DNA of 63,169 nucleotides, the filler included, from Circinaria calcarea (Eukaryota), in NCBI GenBank assembly GCA_051942165.1. It is 16 parts of 16 records of this genome, joined end to end, with 100 filler letters (N's around TTAATTAATTAA, not from the genome) between each part and the next. Parts side by side here need not be neighbours in the genome. Positions count along the whole stretch, not along the records: positions 35,650 to 39,502 come from JAVECS010002590.1; positions 39,603 to 43,454 come from JAVECS010002591.1; positions 43,555 to 47,404 come from JAVECS010002592.1; positions 47,505 to 51,352 come from JAVECS010002593.1; 12 more parts are not named here. The stretch is one strand, 5' to 3'. A program made the position numbers and the translations under genes. Every line of letters begins with the position of its first letter. Position 1 is the first letter of the stretch. Under the pieces are notes generated by a model. That model was not told where the DNA came from, made no database searches, and saw only the letters and a program-made list of their open reading frames with translations. Of the stretch, positions 38,331 to 48,278 are shown in pieces.

Positions 38331-39454
38331 GTGACCAACAACATCGCACCTGGGCCGGAGTTTGATAATGATTCCTTGCGTGCCTCATCCGGGTCTCCGA
38401 CGGAGTTTTCCCCGGTCCCAGAATCATCGACTCCTCAAAACATGTCAAGTCAGGCACGAAGTACTGACTCCTTAGTCGGTCCTAGTGAACCGACAGGCAA
38501 CCAGGCAGACTTTAGCCGTTATATCGTCATATGGCACCAGTGTTGCGAATGCCACCGTGACATGTCAAATGAACCGGGCAACTGCCTCTGCCAATCCTCC
38601 TCCTGCTTACACTTCCAGTGTCCGGAGTGCAAAACTTCGACGGTCAGAAATGAAGATCCGAGCCGTCGAGGAGGTTACCTGGCACTCCAAGAGATACCTC
38701 TAGCTACATATCAAAGATGCTGCCAGTATGAGGCCATCCTGCACCTAGGCCCCGGCCGCAGACACTGCACGGAGTGCCCCCATGTCCCATGCGAGAACTG
38801 CCCCTTTAGAAATCACAACTACTTGGGTGTTTGTGTACCCACAGAAGCTGAATCAGAGGAGTTTGAGCTGCAAGGTTCGACTAGCGGCGTATCTGGTCTG
38901 CGAGGAGGTACAATGACGCCGGGCGAGGTTTTCAACGGTTCTTTATGCCCTTCATTTGACTCCAGCGAGGTCCTCGATTCTGCAGCAGCGCCAGGTACAC
39001 CTAGCTCACCTGTTTCCGTGATGGATCCTATACTTGACTCGGATCAACATTGCACGGGAACGCCGTAAAGACATATGATGTGCCAGGCCCTGTTGCTAAC
39101 CCAAACGAAGTCACTGGTGATTCACCCGTCCCACCGTGCGAGTGCTGCGAATGCGGCAGCGAGATCGTCCAAGGCGAATGTACCGAATGCGGCCATCACA
39201 TTTGCCCCGATTGCACCCGGCCTTCCCACGGCAATGCCCCTAACACCCAATCGAAACCACTTCCCACATCCCCAGCGCCTACCGCCCATCCAGTCATCCT
39301 CCTCAATGACTGCTGCAGATGTGGCCACCTGATGTGCGCGTCGGGAGCCGGTATCCGGTGTCGCAAGTGCGGCCACTTTCGATGCCAAGCCTGCCCGAGG
39401 GCAACCTATTACGATACGGATGAGGTTAATGGGGCCCTGGAGCGGTCTATGTAG
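38331..39454 (+). CDS. Cys-rich protein with four CCxC...CxxCxHxxCxxC zinc-ribbon-like repeats, split over two frames
   Basis: Repeats 1-2 lie in ORF 38331-39068 and repeats 3-4 in ORF 39050-39454. A frameshift or intron lies between them; the start is uncertain. Confidence 0.6.
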
Positions 39455-39602
39455 TTACTGTCGGTGTAGTGGGGCGGGGTGGGTGCTGGGAGGTGGGGGG
39501 TGNNNNNNNNNNNNNNNNNNNNNNNNNNNNNNNNNNNNNNNNNNNNTTAATTAATTAANNNNNNNNNNNNNNNNNNNNNNNNNNNNNNNNNNNNNNNNNN
39601 NN

Positions 39603-40463
39603 GGGGAAGAGGGAAGAGAGGGGTTGGGTGGGTTTATGAAAGGGCTGATCAGTTGATTGCTTGGGGTGGCGTCGTTAGCGCCGTCGAAAAGCGTCGGCTG
39701 CAGGGACGGGCCCCTGTTCTTTCACGACCAATCTTCGTTCGACTTCCGAAGTCTTTGTCCGTTTCAACGCTCGAGGGGAAGATTAGACGGTCCTGCAGTT
39801 CTGTCCTCATTCCTCCGTGGCACTACGCTACTCCCTGCCTAAGGTCAGGTCCTCGTGATTGTATGGAAGTACGCAAATAAACGATCGTCTGGACTGATGC
39901 AAACCACCCAATGGGCTACCGGCAATCACCGGCCTGGCGTAGCCAAGAATGACAGCTACTTTAGCGACAAACGAATCCAGACCTCGCTCGGGGTACTAGT
40001 AGCCGCCGGGCGTCAAGCTTTGATTTGACAACCGGAGAGTCGAGTAACAAGACTCCGTCCTCCATGCCTTCCGTCCTGCTGTTCACAGACTGGAAACCTG
40101 CAGCTTCATGGCCACCGAGTACCGAGGGTCCGTTTATTGCCCACAGTTGTTGGATCAATCGCTTATTCTCGTTGGCCCCGATCGCGAAAAATAAGGGCTG
40201 GTGGGTGTGAGTGTTGGAAGCCTGCAGTAGTCCCGTTTCGCCCAACCTTCTTTGGCGCTCCAGCCCTTCACCGCCCTCAACGTCCAGGGCCAGACTCTAT
40301 GGAGTATGCCCACGTCCGAACAGATATGGCCCCTCGCTGTTAGATGGTTCACCGTACGGTTTGCATCAAATTGCGACGCCAGTGTACATGTCAATGCACT
40401 AGGGTGATTGCCTATTCCAATTTGCTCTAGCTTTGCCCGGACTTTTGTATCAAGCTGATTGAA
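39603..40463 (+). ncRNA. TER: Candidate telomerase RNA, 3' portion including a CR4/5-like junction (template not in the contig)
   Basis: Nested long-range helices: 39648-57/40449-59, 39667-75/40373-81, 39895-905/40358-68 (11 bp perfect) and 39950-56/40336-42. A 4-bp hairpin ATGG-TTCA-CCGT lies at 40344-55, Sm-like ACTTTTG at 40441 and donor-like GTATGA at 40464. No convincing ORF. Confidence 0.65.
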
Positions 40464-40489
40464 GTATGAATAAAACTACTGAAGCCTCT

Positions 40490-41758
40490 CTAGTCTTTGT
40501 ACTGATGATCGGCGTACGGAAAAGACCACCTCGCCACTCCGCAAAGGGTCTCCTTGAGCTGATGGAAAGCATCTTCGTCTCTCTCGCGCCGGCAGACAAG
40601 CTTGCCTACAATGACTTCCTCCACCAGGTTTGACAAGGGGGCGAGACCCCGGAGAATGTCCAAAACACCTACATCCAGACCTGTATCGACCAGAGTGTGG
40701 ACTTTAAGAGTCTTGATTCTAGGGCTACTACTCAGTACGTCGCTGACGGCTTTAACCTCTTCTGCCAGAGGAACGTACGCCGAGACGTCGTTGGGGAGAT
40801 GAATTAGCATTTCGAAGTGAGTGACAAAGTGTGCATAGCTCGGCACAAGCTGGCGAGGCAATTTGGGAGGCTGCCACCAGGACAGGGTGATTCGCCAGGT
40901 AAGCTCGGAATAAAAGTAGGCCGTTGATTCCTTGTGGATCTTTCGGCAGGTTCGAAAGAGAGCAACGGGGAAGGTGGAGGCCACTCGATCAACTGTTCGG
41001 TGACTTGGATGCTTCGGAAAATCTTGCCTTTGACATGTTGTCATCCTTGGGTCGTCATTCCCGTGTTGCTGTGTAGGTCGAGATTCTACCAGGCAGGTGT
41101 ATATGTTTCTCCGTATCTCTACAGGCACATGAAGAATAAAGGCCGGCTGGGCTGGTTGCCCTCGAAGGCGCCTCTGAAGTGCCCCAAAGTCCTTCAACTT
41201 CACTGCCTCAGGTTTTCCCCTGATATCAATTTTTACAGTGCGAACACGCCCGTAAAGAGGGGCGAAGGCGTCAAGTAAAGGTATGTCTAAACATTGCTCA
41301 GAAGCCGAGAAGGAAGGCTTCTCCACGTAGACTATCCGTAGATAATCTAGCTTAGGCCCATTTGCGAGAACCCGAGCAGTGTACCGTAAGACCTTTGACA
41401 CCTGCTCACATCTCGAATTGCGGGATTTGGACTGCGGTACGTCAAGGTATTCCAGAGTAATGCGGAGCAGGAGTTTACGGACCCACGGTCTGAACGAGCA
41501 CCTGGTGAGAGCTTCTAGAGATTGCGGGATCGGAGGACTGGAATAGTCGACTTCAACGGCGAAGTGGTTGTTACTGTAGAAAAGCTGACTTGCTTCTCGG
41601 TTTATCTGTCTGTTAAGCAAGAAGATTACCAATCGGTATGAATTCTTGAAAGCCTTATAACCACCAAAAACAAACTCGTGATATGAAACCCTAGGCTTGA
41701 TCCAGAGCATGTACACCTGATCCCGAATTTCTCGCGGTAGTGAAAGGAAGGAAGACAT
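40490..41758 (-). CDS. Protein with two tandem F-box-like modules
   Basis: SFLSLPREIRDQVY...LLNRQINREASQLFYS and FILHVPVEIRRNIY...RTCRKIHKESTAYFYS. Confidence 0.8.
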   Translation of the reverse strand: MSSFLSLPREIRDQVYMLWIKPRVSYHEFVFGGYKAFKNSYRLVIFLLNRQINREASQLFYSNNHFAVEVDYSSPPIPQSLEALTRCSFRPWVRKLLLRITLEYLDVPQSKSRNSRCEQVSKVLRYTARVLANGPKLDYLRIVYVEKPSFSASEQCLDIPLLDAFAPLYGRVRTVKIDIRGKPEAVKLKDFGALQRRLRGQPAQPAFILHVPVEIRRNIYTCLVESRPTQQHGNDDPRMTTCQRQDFPKHPSHRTVDRVASTFPVALFRTCRKIHKESTAYFYSELTWRITLSWWQPPKLPRQLVPSYAHFVTHFEMLIHLPNDVSAYVPLAEEVKAVSDVLSSSPRIKTLKVHTLVDTGLDVGVLDILRGLAPLSNLVEEVIVGKLVCRRERDEDAFHQLKETLCGVARWSFPYADHQYKD

Positions 41759-42242
41759 GCTCTGAGAGCTGATGCTTGAAGCACTTCGAAAGACCAAGAT
41801 TATTCAGCCTGCGATGAGCACGAATGAATGAAATATGAAGTGCCACCTCTTCATTCAAAAAATGTAAACAACAAGGCGTGATGCAATTAGCCTGGGGAAT
41901 GAGCCACGGAGAGCAACAACAGTAACCTGGTATCAATCTAATCACTAAGAAACATAAAGTAGACCAATCCCTCAGATAACCTCATCTCCCGAAGTTCACG
42001 TGTGCTTAGGACAGAGAGTACCAATGCGGTCTTTGTACCGGAGGATTGAGTAACACAAGCCCCGGCAACCCCCGAACACTGAGCTTACCGATCTAGCCTC
42101 TTCTGGCAATGACGTCGCTTTCGATCATTAGGGTGTGCCGGAGAAGGGAAAGCAACCTCGAGCGAGCTTTAAATAAGCTACTGCGGGATTGGGATATTTC
42201 CTCTACAACATCAACACGACCGGGACAGTCATCCTTCCCAGT

Positions 42243-42743
42243 ATGCCTCGTTTCGCCAACAAATTCCGTTCGATATCTCGGCTCAATGCTCCTCGTGCTC
42301 TGCCCATAAGCGGGCGTCGATCTTTTCATATCACCAGCGCGCGCTCGGCATTGAATGAGAGTGATCGGAACCGGGGTGAGTGAAGAGTCCTGCGTTGACT
42401 TTGGGCGTGAGCGACTACGAGACCGAGGTAGACTCTAATTAATCTCCGAAGATGCAGGTGAGATGAAAGAGGAATATGAAAAGCACAAGGAGGACCAGCT
42501 GGAAAAGCAAAAGGCCGGCAAGGGTCATTGGAAAGAGGAGCTGGCAAGTCAAAGCGAGTCTGCGGTACGTTGATCTGGTCACCGGAAGGGAGGAGGGTCG
42601 AAACACTGGCTGCTAACCTGGCCATTCGTACTGCTTAGGTGAAATCAGACCGAGAGGATCTAGACGCTTCTCAACACAAGATTGAACAGATGCAGAAGGA
42701 GACGGCAGAGTTCGTAAAGTCAAAGCATGGGGATGGGAAATGA
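42243..42743 (+). CDS. Small conserved fungal protein with a mitochondrial-type presequence, 3 exons
   Basis: Spliced: MPRFANKFRSISRLNAPRALPISGRRSFHITSARSALNESDRNR|..EMKEEYEKHKEDQLEKQKAGKGHWKEELASQSESA|VKSDREDL...GDGK*. Introns 42376 to about 42451, and 42565-42638. Confidence 0.8.
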
Positions 42744-43048
42744 ATTGTTCGATTCATTCAAGCATGGGCTGCAACAGGAAGAATCCGAGGACACGGATGC
42801 CTGACTACCCTGGTTTGCCGGGTAAAACGAGTGGTCGTTTCTTTTATTCAACTCGAGAGGCATCATTCTATTCTGACAGAATACGCCCATAAATGCTGAA
42901 GCTGTCTATAAATAAGGCATTTCCCTTGTAAACCAGAGTCCGTCTTTGATCCGAGTCGAGCCTTCACCAACGCTGGATGCACCGCTTATAGAACCTCCCC
43001 TCGATAACCTGTCAGAACGCCCTTTGTACACATTTGCATCCCAAAAGC

Positions 43049-43454
43049 TCACTTCAAGATGACAATTAGCAAGATCAATACGATAATCAAAATGAAAATC
43101 GTAGTCAACTGTTTGTTGTCTTTTGCTTTCCTCGCAACGGTGCCTAAACTTTTCCGAGCCCCGTCCAGTCTCGTTTGATGGCGATCCACATGCCGATCGA
43201 CATCGTCTAACATCTGTACATGTTCATCCAGCTCATCTCCGATCTGGATGCTCAGATCCCTCTGTCGACCAATACTTACGCCCAGCCGGTCTAACTGTTC
43301 ATCCTGGTCTCTAAGTACAGTCTGGTGATACTCGTGGATCTGCTGGTTATCCAAAGAGCTTTGATCTGGTACTCCACCCGGATCGTCACGATATGGAAAT
43401 AATGCAGCCCGATTGGCTTCATCCTCTGCATCTCGAGCAGACAACCCAGGGTCA
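43049..43454 (-). CDS. SYN8: Qc-SNARE syntaxin-8 like, 5'-truncated
   Basis: SNARE heptads QDEQLDRLGVSIGRQRDLSIQIGDELDEHVQMLDD and a C-terminal transmembrane helix. Confidence 0.88.
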
Positions 43455-43554
43455 NNNNNNNNNNNNNNNNNNNNNNNNNNNNNNNNNNNNNNNNNNNNTT
43501 AATTAATTAANNNNNNNNNNNNNNNNNNNNNNNNNNNNNNNNNNNNNNNNNNNN

Positions 43555-44247
43555 ATATCTCCACCTGCTAGTCCTACCGAAGACCGAGAGCCGTGGGAGA
43601 GCCTTGCCAAATCAGCCACCGTCCCGCCACTCGTCTCCCATTCTCAACCTTCCCCTCCTTCCTCCCCTCCTCCCACCATCGGCCCTAGTGTCGCATCGAC
43701 ACCTCATACGCAAATGGAAGCCCTCAGCCCAAAGAACGGTTTCGTCCACTCGAAGAAGGAGCGCGCGAAAGAAGAAAAGGAGCGTAAAGCAGCGGAGAAA
43801 GAAGCCGAGAAAGCGGATCGGGCTAGACGGAAGAACGAGGAGTTTAGGCGAAGAGAGCAGGAGAAGAGGCAAGAGAAAGACTTGAAGGCTGCGATGGATC
43901 TAAGCAAGGCTTCGAAAGCAGAAGAAGATCGGAGACTCGCGATTGAAAAGACGGCTGCTGGTTACATACCAAAGGAGAATGGAGCATCGACGGAGACGAA
44001 ACCAGATGCCAAGGGCGGAGGTACGTTGGGAAGGTTTAGGCAGGGAAGCAAGAGTATAAGGTCGAAACCAAAGTTCTGGGGGTCAAGAGACGGCACCCCT
44101 CGAGGCGAAGATGCAACGGTAGCGGTTGTGGATGGCGAGAGAGCCACGGACGGAGGCGAGACGACACCTGTTCAGACGCCCGAGAAATTGGAGAAGAAGA
44201 ATCGATTTAGTGTATTGAGGAAAAAGACGAGTGCAATGTTACTGTAA
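43555..44247 (+). CDS. creB: C-terminus of a CreB-like deubiquitinase, 5'-truncated
   Basis: EKERKAAEKEAEK...LKAAMDLSKASKAEEDRRL...GGTLGRFRQGSKS...FSVLRKK matches the CreB coiled-coil tail as recalled. The catalytic domain is not in the contig. Confidence 0.75.
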   Translation: MSPPASPTEDREPWESLAKSATVPPLVSHSQPSPPSSPPPTIGPSVASTPHTQMEALSPKNGFVHSKKERAKEEKERKAAEKEAEKADRARRKNEEFRRREQEKRQEKDLKAAMDLSKASKAEEDRRLAIEKTAAGYIPKENGASTETKPDAKGGGTLGRFRQGSKSIRSKPKFWGSRDGTPRGEDATVAVVDGERATDGGETTPVQTPEKLEKKNRFSVLRKKTSAMLL

Positions 44248-45590
44248 GGAAGTGATATTTGGGCATATTTCGAAGCCGGCGGCAGAAAGAGTACAGGAGG
44301 CCTGGCTCTGGATCTTTGTACAAAAGTGGTTTGGGGAGTTGTGGATCCGGCACAGGCGGATCGGATCGGTTCGGGAACAATCGTTGGTATTCACGCATGC
44401 GGCAATACCCATTTTGGTGGCGTCTTTTGGGTGCGAGGCCCTTTTCGAATTTTGTTGCTGTTTTTGAAATGGTAGCTATGTGAAACCGTCCGGAGGGAAA
44501 GTTGAGTGTGTTGTATATGCCAAGTCAGCATATAATTCTTGGGAGCACCGCCAATAGATCAGGATAGAGATATTCGATCGATGTGACTTGGGAAGGCACG
44601 AACGCGGCTTTACTGATCTATGTTCCTGTGGGCGTGGGTCTGTTGAGTGTGCCTTTGAGGAGATGATATGGTATCACTGTATATTTACCGCCTTTCGAGA
44701 TCATGTAAATACAATTATCAGGATATCAATACGGCTATGCTTTTACCACGGCGCCGTCCTGTTACACGCGTCCCAAATTCGCAGTAAACTGCCCCTCGAA
44801 CCACGAAGATTTCAACTTAATATCGATATTTTATACTAAGTATACTGCGATAGTGCCCTGTGGGCACACTTTTGCGATAGTGGACCCAAGCCACTAACTA
44901 ATCTTGGGCCTAGTGACCCCGTGGCGGTAGTGGGTGTTTCAGGCCAGTAAAGCGCCCTCGCCAGGCTGCTGTCGAGGTGGGGGTATCAAAGTTGCAAATT
45001 CCATACTTTCGGGCGTATAGAAATTGCAATATTCCGAAATATGAAAGCGTCTGGGGTGTAAAAGGTACTAGATATGGCATGATGAGAGGCTTGGGCCTGG
45101 CAGGGTTTCGGGAGCTGAATAGTATCCGTGGGAGCCGTGATGGAGTAGAGACGGTGGCGATGTGACGGAGTGGGGATGGGCAGGATGTTAGTTTAATCGC
45201 TATCCTCCACCCGGACGTGCTTGTCAAGCAGACCATCTGCAAAAAGCGGTCAATAACCCCATAAGGTAAGCTACATCTGCGTGTGCTTGATCTGCTTCGA
45301 CTTCTGTTGTCGTCCGCCCTTTCTTCTGTCTTCCCAGCAACTCGACGGGCTATGGCATGGCATGGCGTGGCTGGAGTCGCAACAGAATGGAGGGGCTCCA
45401 GTTGGCCAATGTCATGTCTCGATTTTCATCAAATAGGAGGACGACGAGGCTCGGTTGCCGAGTTTGCATCTCGTTGATCATTTCGCACGTCTCTACTGCT
45501 GCTGTAACAGCTCTACATCAGTTCGCTTTCCTGTTAACCTCATAGCCATATCTCTTGACACGAGGACTTTCCCGGCATTTACTCTCTGCA

Positions 45591-47404
45591 ATGTCTTTCA
45601 CTGCATCGACGATTGAGATAGCCGCGCTACAGGCTCTCCAGACGACTGAACAGATCCAGCTCCTGGATGTGGTCGATGCCCTTCGGGCCCATGGCTTAAG
45701 TGAGTTCACCGCTCTGCCTCAGCTCATTGTCTGCGGTGATCAATCAAGCGGGAAAAGCTCCGTGCTCGAAGCCATCTCAGGGGTTCCATTTCCTCGAAAG
45801 GATAACCTTTGCACGCGTTTCGCGACCGAAGTTATCCTACGTCGGGCTTCTATCGCTGGCATAGCTGTCTCATTGGTGAGTTGTCGGCTTTCAGACTTTC
45901 TATCTCGTCTTCAACATCTCCATTCCCTAACACCTTTCCTCATTCTTTCTTGGTTAGTATGCTAGGAAAGGCTTGATTTCCAGGAAAATGACTATAGCCG
46001 CTTAGGTAGCTGGAAAAGCCAGATCATCAACAGACCGAGAGCGACTTTCGGAGTTTCGTCATGTATTGACATCCCGCGAGGGTTTTCCTGCTCTATTCGA
46101 ACAAGCCCATCAGGTCATGGGCCTTTCTGGACCCGGATGCAATGCCTTTTCTGAGGATACTTTACGAGTAGAGATTTCCGGTCCTAACCAGCCTCAACTT
46201 ACGATCGTGGACCTTCCAGGCCTGATTCACTCGGAGAATAAGAAACAGAGCTCCCAAGACGTAGAGCTAGTGAAGAGTCTAGTAGCTAACTATATGGCTA
46301 ACCCGAGAAGCATCATCCTGGCCGTGGTCACCGCCAAGAACGAATTCGCCAACCAAATTGTCCTGAAGCGCGCTCGCGAAGTTGACCCTCAAGGACTGCG
46401 CACACTTGGTATCATAACTAAGCCGGACACTTTACCATCCGGATCTGCGCTCGAGAGGGATTTTCTATGTCTTGCTCGAAATGAGGACGTCAAGTTCCAG
46501 CTAGGCTGGCACGTTGTGAGGAACCTCGACACTGGAGCAGCGGACTGCAACAATGTCAACCGAGATGAGCAGGAGAAGCTCTATTTTCGAGAAAGCAACT
46601 TCAAGAATCTGCCGTCGCGGTGCATTGGTATTGTTAGCCTTCGCAAACGACTCAGCCAAGTTCTCTTCGATCAGGTTCGAGCTGAATTACCTCGTCTCAT
46701 GGAGGACATTGAGTCTGGTATCAAGGTCTGTCGTTCTGCATTGGAAAGGCTAGGTCCTAGCCGAGCATCTATAGAAGAGCAACGAGCCTTTTTGATTGAA
46801 CTTAGTCAGGAATATTCAACGCTCTGCAAAGATGCGATTAGAGGTGATTATGAGGATACGTTCTTTCAGGAGGGATCATATACGAATAGGCGCCTCTGCG
46901 CGACTGTGATAAATTTGCATGTTGCATTTGAGGAAGAAATTCGGTTACGCGGTGCCCGTTGGGTCATTGTAGAGAATAAATCGAGAAGCAATCAACCCAA
47001 TGCTAGGACCCGAGAAGAAGCTATTCTAAAGGTCTACAAGCTGTTGAAAGAAAGCCGCGGACGGGAGGTAAGCTCCAATTCACACATCATTGGGCCTATC
47101 TCGGATAAGTTATTAATTTGACTTGTTAGCTGCCTGGTCTACCCAACCCTCTCCTCGTAGGTGAGATATTCCGAGAATATAGCCAACCGTGGAAAGACTT
47201 GGCACAGCGGCACATCTCCAAGGTCTGGGAGAGTACCAAGAGTTTTCTCGACCAGGCTTTGCACTTCTACACAGACGACAGTGTGAGCGATGCTATACTA
47301 CGGCACTTGATAGATCCCATCATGGAAGAGAAGCTCTTAAAGGCTTATATGAAATTAGAAGAGTTGCTAGCTGTGCACAGGGATCCTCCATTAACAACCA
47401 ACCA
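45591..47404 (+). CDS. Dynamin-family (Mx-like) GTPase, 3'-truncated, 2 introns
   Basis: LPQLIVCGDQSSGKSSVLEAI, CTRFATE, DLPG, TKPD and RGRE|LPG. Confidence 0.93.
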
Positions 47405-48278
47405 NNNNNNNNNNNNNNNNNNNNNNNNNNNNNNNNNNNNNNNNNNNNTTAATTAATTAANNNNNNNNNNNNNNNNNNNNNNNNNNNNNNNNNNNNNNNN
47501 NNNNGGAGAGGGAGGGCTGGGTTGAGGGTGGTGGTGGTGGCGGCAAGGTTGGCGATCGAGGGTGTCTGGGATTCGACAGGCCAGAACCCAAATGGGGCAT
47601 GCAAGAAACGGTAGATTGGTGGGTCGGCAAGCTGTTGAAGTGCTAAAAGGGGGGTTTTTTTTCGTCGTATCAAACCTGCGTTTCGCGAAAAACCGGATCG
47701 CGTTTTTTCAAGGAGACCTTTGGGGGACTTGGGTTCTGGGAACGGTGGCGTTTCGAAACCTTGTGTGGGGAAGGGGAGGAGGGGGAGCGGGGAAATTCAT
47801 GTGCTTTTCCTCTCAAGGAATTGGGGTTATGGTAGGGAGCCACATGGAGGGAGAGAAATCGTGGATTGATTGAATTTAGCGGTCGGGCACTGCAGTACTT
47901 TACTTACTCATCCATTTATGGAATATGCCCGGGTTTTCCCTTTCTTTTTGGATGATAATGATGATGATGGTGATGACAAAGGTACATACATGTAGTTAGA
48001 CAAGGTGAGCTTGGCTATTTGTGTTGATACTTCCGGCGCCGTAAACGTACCGTAAGATTGAGCAATCTAGTCGTCTACTGGCTATTGCGATCCTTTCTTT
48101 CCTCTTTTTTCACCACGAAAAGAATTAACTTGAAAAAGTGATACTCACAATGGACTAAGAACCTCCGATACACTAGCAAATACGACAGTCGCTGTCAACG
48201 AAAAATCAACAGCTCGCTACCAGCTTGAAGGAAGCCATGTCCGGTCATCAAACCTCCTATTTTCTCTACTCTCCTCCC

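Noticed and set aside
39843..39875. GGTCAGGTCC...GGAAG resembling SRP RNA helix 8
   Set aside because: There is no GNRA tetraloop or correct spacing, and the wider fold fits a CR4/5-like junction better.
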